IMG/VR virus record: IMGVR_UViG_3300008262_006988
DNA: 64,000 bases
Strand: one strand, 5' to 3'
From: a virus
Below, one piece after another: positions 18,906 to 26,975 of the stretch; position 1 is the stretch's first letter, and every line of letters begins with the position of its first letter. The translations under genes and the position numbers were made by a program. The notes beneath the pieces were generated by a model. That model saw nothing but the letters and a program-made list of their open reading frames with translations, had not been told where the DNA came from and made no database searches.

Positions 18906-20331
18906 CAAATTTTTTTACGATATCTAAGAACGGTTGTTCAGGTACACGTGTTTTAAAAACGTTAAAGTTATATTTCGCAATTTGCTTAGCTTTCATAAAA
19001 AGAGCATTATATTCTTCTTCTGGTAGTTTTAAAATTTTATTCACAACTTCAGTAATTTTATTCATTCGTATTTGTGGGTCTTCTTCATCATCATAGCTCT
19101 CATCCCATAAATTAGCAAACGTCATATAACCACACGTCTTTAAGAATTTTAAGATACCTGGCTGACCGAGAACAATAAACGGTGCCTTAAATGCTATCGG
19201 TTTATATGTCTTTTCAGTTATAAACCGATATGCACAGTTTGTTGTATTTCTTGTCTCTGCTATAGTCTCGGTGACAATATGTATATCGCAATTTCGATAC
19301 ATATCCATATTAAACGTATTCCAGTGATTATATTTAAAAAAATCACTAGCCGTAAATTGATTGTTCATGTGTTGATTCTCATATGCACCTTGTATAGTTT
19401 CAGTATCAAATTCTGTAAAAAGCGGTAGTTTTGCTAAAAAAAGTTCTATATCTTTTTTTTCATTTTTTGTTATTTTTTGTGGGTCAAAAAAGCGATAGCT
19501 TTCTAATATATTATTTCTTGTTGTGTAGGGTGATAATTTTAAAAGCTTGTCGTACGTTATTTCTTCAAGACTTACGCAAATATTATTAAAGCTGTAGTTG
19601 TTCTGTCTCCATATTTGGTAACACAAAAAATATCTGTGTTGACGTGGTCTCGCATTTAATAATAGCATTCTATATTTGCTATACTTTTTCGTTATTTTTG
19701 TAAAGTGTGTATAAGTATGTCGCATATAGAAATTATATGCGCGTTTCGTTACACATTCAAAAAACGGCCAAAAAACTACATTAAATTTAAATGGTAATCT
19801 TCGTACGTTGCAGTCGTTTGACGTAAAGATGATTACTTTTTCTATATCGAGCTGTATTTGATCACAAAAATTTTTTAATGTTTCATAATGTTTGTCAGTA
19901 TAAAATGACGCTTCTGACATATCATTAATAATAAACAAACATTGTTTATTGTTTATACTATAAACGTGTTCAGGTGTTAGGAGGTCCTTTAAAAAATTTT
20001 TATGTATATCATCCTCTATCAGTTTAATCATGTAACGCGGACTGATCGTATATACAAATTTCTCGTGTGTCAGTATTATATCAGATAGTTTCTTACGGTT
20101 GACTTTAAATTGAGTGCTTAAAATTGTCTCAGGAAGAATATGATAATCATGGCGTGTAATAGTACATGTAAATTGTCTGTTGTCAGGAAATTTAAACAAT
20201 CTTTCAAAATCATCACCGTTAATATAAGTGTATAAATTCGCGTAATGGTTAAAAAACCTACCGTCACTTTTTGAACTTACTTGCGGGCTATCGCAGAGCT
20301 TATTATAAGCAAAATTTATTGAACCATACAT
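18892..20331 (-). CDS. Putative GT10 (fucosyltransferase-like) fold glycosyltransferase
   Basis: IVTET..FITEKTYKPI..PFIVLG resembles the GT10 ENS..YITEK..P(V/I)V.G motif; LNARPRQHR. Confidence 0.55.
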   Translation of the reverse strand: MYGSINFAYNKLCDSPQVSSKSDGRFFNHYANLYTYINGDDFERLFKFPDNRQFTCTITRHDYHILPETILSTQFKVNRKKLSDIILTHEKFVYTISPRYMIKLIEDDIHKNFLKDLLTPEHVYSINNKQCLFIINDMSEASFYTDKHYETLKNFCDQIQLDIEKVIIFTSNDCNVRRLPFKFNVVFWPFFECVTKRAYNFYMRHTYTHFTKITKKYSKYRMLLLNARPRQHRYFLCYQIWRQNNYSFNNICVSLEEITYDKLLKLSPYTTRNNILESYRFFDPQKITKNEKKDIELFLAKLPLFTEFDTETIQGAYENQHMNNQFTASDFFKYNHWNTFNMDMYRNCDIHIVTETIAETRNTTNCAYRFITEKTYKPIAFKAPFIVLGQPGILKFLKTCGYMTFANLWDESYDDEEDPQIRMNKITEVVNKILKLPEEEYNALFMKAKQIAKYNFNVFKTRVPEQPFLDIVKKFVSEE

Positions 20332-21437
20332 TGAAGTGAAGATATTAAATTCTGAAGCTTATTGTGATTAATAAGATGTTTTACTTTAATTTGTTGATAT
20401 GTCTCAATAATCTCTTTAATTGTTTCTGTAGGTAATGTATGTATGCTTACTTCTGGTAGCAGCTCATCATATGCAACTGTAATACCTTCTTTAACTTTAC
20501 CGTTTTCATGGATACCCTTAATGCGTGTACCAAGAACACCCGAGACATTATTGAAACATATATTTATATTAAAATCATCACAAAACTTAAGTATATCGGG
20601 TATATCACGCCAGTTTTGTATCATTGGACACACTGCTACACTATTAAAAATTTTACGACGGTTTTTATTCTCATATTCTTGTATAGATGTTATATTTTTT
20701 AGCACTGTATTAAGATCGCCGCCACGACGTATAAATTTATATGTATCATGGTTGAGTGAATCAATAGAAATACAGACTATTACGTCTTTATACCTGTCAA
20801 AAATATCAAATACTTTTTGATTTAAAATGCTACCGTTGGTTGTGATACAAATCTCAATGTTTGGATTATAGGTATAAAGCATCTCCCATATCTTATAGTA
20901 TAAAGGTGTTGCAAACGGCTCACCACCAAGAAATTTCGCACATTGTAAATGTGGAGCAAAGAGAGTCAGTTGTTTTAAGAACTCGTCATCATATGGCGAC
21001 ACAAGTGGTGGTAGTTTTTCGCGGTTTTTGCGTATAGATGAAGACCAATCTCCTCCGCACATAATACACTCATAGTTACATATTGATGACATCTCAAATT
21101 CCAGCATAACTGGAAAAATGCTATTTAACTTGAATTGTTTATGGTGAAATGCTGCGAGAAGTGAGTTATGATAATTGCCGGATGATATTTGCTTGTAGCA
21201 ACTTGTACAACCTTTTGTAAAGTCAAAACTATCAATAGCTTTACGCATTTCTTTTATTTTTTCACCGAACCATATATCAGTAAGTGAAGATTCAGGGTAT
21301 CTCCCGAGTTCGTAGTCCCTGCTCATACAGCATGCTGATATAATACCTGTAGATTTAAAATTAAGTGATACAAAGGGCGCGTTGCAGACATGCTGCTTGG
21401 CAGTAAGAAAGTCAAATACTTGCTTTATATCACTCAT
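20316..21437 (-). CDS. Radical SAM enzyme with N-terminal SPASM/twitch domain
   Basis: CNAPF..SACC..CTSC, then CNYECIMC, GGEPF, ITTNG, SIDS. Confidence 0.9.
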   Translation of the reverse strand: MSDIKQVFDFLTAKQHVCNAPFVSLNFKSTGIISACCMSRDYELGRYPESSLTDIWFGEKIKEMRKAIDSFDFTKGCTSCYKQISSGNYHNSLLAAFHHKQFKLNSIFPVMLEFEMSSICNYECIMCGGDWSSSIRKNREKLPPLVSPYDDEFLKQLTLFAPHLQCAKFLGGEPFATPLYYKIWEMLYTYNPNIEICITTNGSILNQKVFDIFDRYKDVIVCISIDSLNHDTYKFIRRGGDLNTVLKNITSIQEYENKNRRKIFNSVAVCPMIQNWRDIPDILKFCDDFNINICFNNVSGVLGTRIKGIHENGKVKEGITVAYDELLPEVSIHTLPTETIKEIIETYQQIKVKHLINHNKLQNLISSLQCMVQ

Positions 21438-21472
21438 ATATTATAATTAAAGTATTATAATATAATTACTAC

Positions 21473-22093
21473 ATGCGTTATCCACTTTTAATAAAGGTAA
21501 ATTTTTTAATAGACAAAATTATTCTATTTGTTGGTCTTTTGCAGTGTTTAAAGTTTTGGAAAAGAAGTTTTTTTATAAGAAAAAAAAAGCAAATTGATAT
21601 TCTTTGTGTATATGATAAGAAGCATCATCATATAGAGCAAATCATACAGCAGCATACACAAAAGAGTGTATTGTGTTATGAACTCAGCAATTGCACGAAT
21701 ACACAAATATGTGAGCGCGTATATACGCTTTGTAATTTTTATCAACCTGCAATATTGCTTGTAATATTTGCGAAAACAAATTATGATGCCCCTTCTTTTA
21801 GTGCAGAAGATAATACCTCGACAACAAGAAAATGTTACGAGACCGATGATTTCTATAAAACACGCATAGTTACATACTTTTTACGGTTTGTTCATACATT
21901 TCTCTTAATAAAGACGATATGTAAATGCAATAATATTAAATTATACTGGTATCTACCGCAAAATACTATAGCTATGGTCAATAAAAAACAAAATTATAGA
22001 TTATTTAATGATGATGAAACAGTTGTATGCTTACCTTATAGGGGTAAAGAAAGCATTGATATTGTAATTCAACAGTTTTTGCAACAATTATGA
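21473..22093 (+). CDS. Hypothetical protein (degenerate SGNH-like?)
   Basis: C-terminal LIKTICKCNNIKLYWY shared with the neighbour. Confidence 0.5.
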   Translation: MRYPLLIKVNFLIDKIILFVGLLQCLKFWKRSFFIRKKKQIDILCVYDKKHHHIEQIIQQHTQKSVLCYELSNCTNTQICERVYTLCNFYQPAILLVIFAKTNYDAPSFSAEDNTSTTRKCYETDDFYKTRIVTYFLRFVHTFLLIKTICKCNNIKLYWYLPQNTIAMVNKKQNYRLFNDDETVVCLPYRGKESIDIVIQQFLQQL

Positions 22094-22740
22094 CACTATA
22101 CGAGCTTCAATTGTATAATAATTTTATTAATGACATATTACCTCAAAAAAAATTACGTAATGTTTTTTTGTTGTGTGATGATTATGAGTATAGTGATGAT
22201 GTGGGTATTTTTGTTCTCGGTAAATCTGAGTACTATACTTCCAATGTCGAGAATTGGTGTACAGAACTATCGCAGCATATAAACTTGTCTGTTAAACACA
22301 TACCATCCAATTTTACACAGGATATTAACGGCTATAGTTCAAACGAAGATTTTATACCACATTTGTATTATATTTTACAGAGTAAGAATATTAAAGCTGT
22401 TATAATAAATTGTCAAAGATACAAGTGCTTTACCGGCATAAAACAAACAGAAAAAATAATGACACGTCGCTGTACTTTTTTTAAGGATAACACTAAGCAT
22501 TATACAGATATTATTGAAGCGTTTTTTCACTATTTAAAAACATGTATAATTTTTATAAAACTTTGTGACTATTATAATGTAAAACTTGTTTTAATAGACA
22601 CAGATCGTACTCATACTGGGGTTTTATGGTCATTTTTTAGATTTGTATTTTTACCACGCAATAAAAATACACTTGTTATTACTGGAAAAGGAGTATGTGA
22701 TAAATTTTTATTAAAAGTAGTAAAATTTCTTAAAAAATAA
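22090..22740 (+). CDS. Hypothetical protein (degenerate SGNH-like?)
   Basis: NWCTELSQHINL..GYSSNEDF..FIKLCDYYNVKLVLI; no GDS motif. Confidence 0.5.
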   Translation: MTLYELQLYNNFINDILPQKKLRNVFLLCDDYEYSDDVGIFVLGKSEYYTSNVENWCTELSQHINLSVKHIPSNFTQDINGYSSNEDFIPHLYYILQSKNIKAVIINCQRYKCFTGIKQTEKIMTRRCTFFKDNTKHYTDIIEAFFHYLKTCIIFIKLCDYYNVKLVLIDTDRTHTGVLWSFFRFVFLPRNKNTLVITGKGVCDKFLLKVVKFLKK

Positions 22741-22766
22741 TATGTATTTAGTATAAGATAATATAT

Positions 22767-22916
22767 ATGGTTAGGTCCTTTTTAAGGAGCTGCAGAAGTT
22801 TTTTATATAACACCAGTGTATTTCTAGGTTTTTGTACACGCAATGAGCCTGTTGTCGTCTATCGTTATATAACTAAACGTAAGCTTCGTGGCTACCCGAG
22901 GCAGAATAAAATATAA
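22767..22916 (+). CDS. Possible 49-aa basic protein
   Basis: MVRSFLRSCRSFLYNTSVFLGFCTRNEPVVVYRYITKRKLRGYPRQNKI fills the gap before the convergent gene. Confidence 0.3.
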   Translation: MVRSFLRSCRSFLYNTSVFLGFCTRNEPVVVYRYITKRKLRGYPRQNKI

Positions 22917-22933
22917 AATACTACTCTATAACA

Positions 22934-24421
22934 TTAAATGTTGTTTGGTATGACGGCGTTAAAGTTTGTAGATGTAACTACACCGTTTTGGTATATAATA
23001 TTACCATACCCGAACAAGTATTTTGAATAATCTGCCGCTGTCATTGTTCCAGTCCATGTTACAACACCATTAAGGTCGGTTGCTGATACTGTTGGAACTT
23101 GTATCCAAGTACGTGAGAAATTAAAAGGCTCAACCTGACATGTCCAGAATTGAACCGCAGAAACAGGAACTGAAATAGTATCAGGCTTTACATTAAATTG
23201 CGGTATACCCGCAGGTTTTGTAAACCAAGCTGTTGGTCTATTCGGCCAAGTAATAGCTGCACTAAGAACATATTTATTAAGCCATAGAGCTTCATTACCA
23301 ACGTTTAAGGTCACATCGTGCATCTTGTTTGCATCATGGGAAAAGTCCCATGGAATACCAGATGGTATTTTTGAGAAAGTATCGTCTACTCTATCGTGTC
23401 CCCCGTGGTGATCATTAGAGCCGTTAATCAATAAAATTGGAACACGTGTAAAATTTGCTTCCATCTCAGCTGTAGGGGCATTTAAATAAATTCTCTCACC
23501 TGAAAGCCATGCTGGATATGTAGTTGCAGGTACCTTGTATTTCCAAAGATTTTTATCACGATAGTATGTTGTCCATCCGTTTCCAAAGTACGAAACTACG
23601 GCTTTTATTCTATCATCCATTGCCATGCTCCACGACATCGTACCACCATAAGAGTGGCCTCTCATACCAATTTTATTAACGTTTATTTCAGGCTGAGTTA
23701 AAAGATACTCAAATGCTCTACGCATAACACATGCCCACAAATATTCGCTTGTTTGTCTAGCATCACTAATTTGACCGCCACCTGAGAGGGTTGTGTTAAT
23801 TGTATATCCGCCTTCAGTAGATCTGTGAATACCGTATGATAAGGCCGGCGGATATTCAGTTACCGGTAAAGCATCCGGTCTTTTGCCAGCGTAGTCATAT
23901 CCAAATGTGGCCCACCCAGCAGATGTATATGACGGGTAGTCTTGAAGATAGCTTTGCCATCCCTGCGCTACAAACAAGCAAGGAAACCCTCCGGCGGGAG
24001 GAGTACTAGTAGGGACAACGTAGTAGCAAAATAATCTAAAAGTATACCCGGAAAAAGTTATATCAATATACAGTTTTCTTTTTCTGAGCCCGTCAGCGGT
24101 AGTATCCTCAATGACTTGAGGATTAAATGGTCCGTTGCCAGCTTCAGTAGGATCGAACTTTGCAAATGAATATCCTTTCCTCCATAAAGATGCACCATTT
24201 GCAATCAGGTTTGTATTATCTGTCTTGTACCACTCTCCGTTTCGTTTATAAGCATACGTACCACTTATTGCTGTAGAATTAGCAACCGTTAAACCATTGC
24301 CATCTGTACAATAAATTAATTCACCATTCGATCCTGTTATTGACAAATAATCAGTAGTATAACTATCGGGGTTCGTAGATAGAGGAGACAGGGTTGTAGA
24401 TCCAAATATGATACCAGGCAT
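22934..24421 (-). CDS. Alpha/beta-hydrolase (acetylesterase/dienelactone hydrolase-like) with fibre-like N-terminal anchor
   Basis: GHSYGG nucleophile elbow, NGSND, later His; N-terminal GELIYCTDG..AYKRNGEW. Confidence 0.8.
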   Translation of the reverse strand: MPGIIFGSTTLSPLSTNPDSYTTDYLSITGSNGELIYCTDGNGLTVANSTAISGTYAYKRNGEWYKTDNTNLIANGASLWRKGYSFAKFDPTEAGNGPFNPQVIEDTTADGLRKRKLYIDITFSGYTFRLFCYYVVPTSTPPAGGFPCLFVAQGWQSYLQDYPSYTSAGWATFGYDYAGKRPDALPVTEYPPALSYGIHRSTEGGYTINTTLSGGGQISDARQTSEYLWACVMRRAFEYLLTQPEINVNKIGMRGHSYGGTMSWSMAMDDRIKAVVSYFGNGWTTYYRDKNLWKYKVPATTYPAWLSGERIYLNAPTAEMEANFTRVPILLINGSNDHHGGHDRVDDTFSKIPSGIPWDFSHDANKMHDVTLNVGNEALWLNKYVLSAAITWPNRPTAWFTKPAGIPQFNVKPDTISVPVSAVQFWTCQVEPFNFSRTWIQVPTVSATDLNGVVTWTGTMTAADYSKYLFGYGNIIYQNGVVTSTNFNAVIPNNI

Positions 24422-24423
24422 GA

Positions 24424-24618
24424 TTATATAAAGTGTTTTTCCGCCTCTTCACGCGAGTTAAACCAAAACCACCCATCCACCGGGTATGTATGCATGTCTT
24501 TTTCATCTCTTAGTAAAGTATAATCTTTATTATATACAGCACTCGGTCCAAAAAATATTTCGCCACTTTGATCTTGTTTGTAAAATCCCGATGTATCTTG
24601 TTCTATTTCTTCTTCCAT
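24424..24618 (-). CDS. Small protein associated with the receptor-binding gene
   Basis: SGFYK..TYPVDGWFWFNSREEA; 2-4 bp gaps within the operon. Confidence 0.65.
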   Translation of the reverse strand: MEEEIEQDTSGFYKQDQSGEIFFGPSAVYNKDYTLLRDEKDMHTYPVDGWFWFNSREEAEKHFI

Positions 24619-24622
24619 ACGA

Positions 24623-25954
24623 TTAAACTGTTACTGTCCAATTTTTTGCAGTTGCTATAGCTGGATTATGTGTCGCTGTCCCGAAGTTTCCGGTTACAGT
24701 AATTACTTTTCCACCTGTAGGCTGCGCACTCAACCCGTAATAGAGGTTGTTTAATTCCGATCCTGATAAACTAGCATTGAGGAAACTTATAGAAGCATTT
24801 ATTCCGCTTAAACCTACAGTTTTTAAACTGTAGCAATTTTGATACATGTTTGTACAGTTTGTTGACGCCGACAAATTAATAGTACCGGTGCTTACAAGAG
24901 TATTGCAGTTATTAAACATTGCTTGAGTATTCGTACAAGCTGGGAGAGATAGGGTCGTTATTCCTGTTTTTCTTAAAGAAAAACAATCTTGAAATGCTTG
25001 TGTAGCGTTAGTTACTTTTGCAAGATTCCAACTTCCAATATTTAATTCTGTAATAGCATTGCATCCTACAAAGGCATTTGCAATTGTAGTTACATTTGAA
25101 GCGTTCCAGTTTGTTACATCAAGTTTAGCTAAAGCGTAGCAAGTAAACGCAAAAAACGACAAATCTGTTACGTTCGCCATATTCCAGTTAGAGCATTTGA
25201 TCTCCATCAAGCCGTAACATGCTCTAACAAAACCTGCAAACGTCGTAACGTTTGCTGTATTCCAGGTTGAAGCATCAATATACTGTAAAGAGAAACATTG
25301 AAAGAACATAAATGAAGCGTTCGTAATGTTTGTCATGTTCCATTCTGCTGAATTAATCTGTCTCAACGCAACACAACTATAAAATAAATTATTAAGACTA
25401 GTTATATTTCCCCATGAGGTAATATTTACTCTTTCGAGATAACCACATCTTAGGGAAGAGTTTCCTATAAAAAGCCTTTGTCCAGAAGCTAAATTTGGTA
25501 AATTTATCTCCATGTCTAACCAACCTGTGGAATATAAATTATTTGCAGGAATACTAACTCCTGTATATTTTTCTGACATCGAGCATTGTGAAAAAGATGC
25601 TCCTGCTGGTGGTGTTATTGTTACTATTGCTTGCCTATATCCACCAGATGTGATTGTAGCGGATGAAACATTATTCCAATCATAATTGTGATTAATAACA
25701 GTATTGTTTGCGGCAGATTCAACTATACCATCTCCCCAATCTATAGTGTAATTTGCACCATTGCTTGTTGAAAATTTTACTGCTGCGAAATTTGTTGGAG
25801 AATTAAAAACGGCATGAAGAGCTTTAACGGTTCCTGACGCGGCGGATGGTAATGCTAACCAGTCGTAAGGGCGAACCCATGCAGAAGATAACGATGCGGT
25901 ATCGGTTGTAAATAATGGTTTGCTACCAAGATAAGCTTTTATATATGTTGCCAT
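24623..25954 (-). CDS. BspA/DUF285-type LRR protein, putative receptor-binding protein
   Basis: About 26-aa repeats WNxxNVTxxxxxFxxCxxL; IDWGDG PKD-like segment. Confidence 0.8.
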   Translation of the reverse strand: MATYIKAYLGSKPLFTTDTASLSSAWVRPYDWLALPSAASGTVKALHAVFNSPTNFAAVKFSTSNGANYTIDWGDGIVESAANNTVINHNYDWNNVSSATITSGGYRQAIVTITPPAGASFSQCSMSEKYTGVSIPANNLYSTGWLDMEINLPNLASGQRLFIGNSSLRCGYLERVNITSWGNITSLNNLFYSCVALRQINSAEWNMTNITNASFMFFQCFSLQYIDASTWNTANVTTFAGFVRACYGLMEIKCSNWNMANVTDLSFFAFTCYALAKLDVTNWNASNVTTIANAFVGCNAITELNIGSWNLAKVTNATQAFQDCFSLRKTGITTLSLPACTNTQAMFNNCNTLVSTGTINLSASTNCTNMYQNCYSLKTVGLSGINASISFLNASLSGSELNNLYYGLSAQPTGGKVITVTGNFGTATHNPAIATAKNWTVTV

Positions 25955-25955
25955 A

Positions 25956-26552
25956 TTATGTTGTTATAAAATAAAGTGTATTTGGATCCTTAATGCTTAT
26001 CGCATCATATTGTGTTTGAGTCAAGGCGCGAATAAAATACACCGGTGTAGTATCAGAAGTATTTGTTCTTATATAAGAGGCGCTATTCGATGAAAGTGTA
26101 GTATATGTACTTTGCCAATTAGCCGAGAGAGATTTTAAGTCTGTTCCTTGATAATTCCAGGTTGTTGCAGAATTAGAATTAACTGTAGTATATGTAGACT
26201 CCCAATTACCAGAAAGACTGGTTACGTCAGAACCTGACCCACCGCCACCTGTACCCCAGGTTGAGCTATTAGATTGAACCGTTGTGTATGTAGAATTCCA
26301 GTTAGCTGATACACTTAAGAAACTTAAATCAGAACTGCTCAAATATGCAGCTGAGTTAGCTACTAAATTAGTATAGGCATCACTACCACCGACCCAGCCG
26401 GCAGTAAGAACTTTAATATCAGTTCCTTGGTAATTCCAGTTTGTAGAACTATTAGTTTGAACAGTTGAAAATAAAGAATTAATTTTATCATCAGATGGAT
26501 AATTTGTAATTGTTACCGATAACGGAAATAAAAGTGATGAAAAATTACTCAT
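25956..26552 (-). CDS. Fibre adaptor with Trp/Asn repeats
   Basis: SANWxSTYTT repeats; C-terminal LTQTQYDAISIKDPNTLYFI. Confidence 0.7.
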   Translation of the reverse strand: MSNFSSLLFPLSVTITNYPSDDKINSLFSTVQTNSSTNWNYQGTDIKVLTAGWVGGSDAYTNLVANSAAYLSSSDLSFLSVSANWNSTYTTVQSNSSTWGTGGGGSGSDVTSLSGNWESTYTTVNSNSATTWNYQGTDLKSLSANWQSTYTTLSSNSASYIRTNTSDTTPVYFIRALTQTQYDAISIKDPNTLYFITT

Positions 26553-26553
26553 A

Positions 26554-26973
26554 TTAATCTATTCTCCACCCATTAACATTGCCAAAATAAGTTAAAGAAA
26601 AGCATAAACCATTTAAATCGCAATTCAACAGTTCATTAAGAGACTGAATTTTATCCATAATACTATTTATTGTAAAATTATTGTTTTTCCATGTTAGGTT
26701 AAAATCTTGAAATAGTATAGTATCACCTATTGAAGGAGAACTTGGTAAGGTTGCAGTCACAGTATTAGTTGACGTATCAATGACATATGAATATCCCTTT
26801 TCAGCGTTAAAGTTTGTATTTTTATAAATTTTTTCATTATCGATGCTCCAGACCCCGGAATTTGCATTAACAGTTGTATATGTTGCGTTATATCGACTAA
26901 AATCGGCAGTATAGCCTGATAATGTTAATATACCGCGAACATCAACAGCATTTTTAAGTGTTTCAATAGCCAT
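26554..26973 (-). CDS. Fibre docking protein (T4 gp9/gp10/gp34-like domain)
   Basis: YVIDTS..TATLPSSPSIGDTILFQD..TWKNNNFTI..GWR. Confidence 0.65.
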   Translation of the reverse strand: MAIETLKNAVDVRGILTLSGYTADFSRYNATYTTVNANSGVWSIDNEKIYKNTNFNAEKGYSYVIDTSTNTVTATLPSSPSIGDTILFQDFNLTWKNNNFTINSIMDKIQSLNELLNCDLNGLCFSLTYFGNVNGWRID

Positions 26974-26975
26974 AA

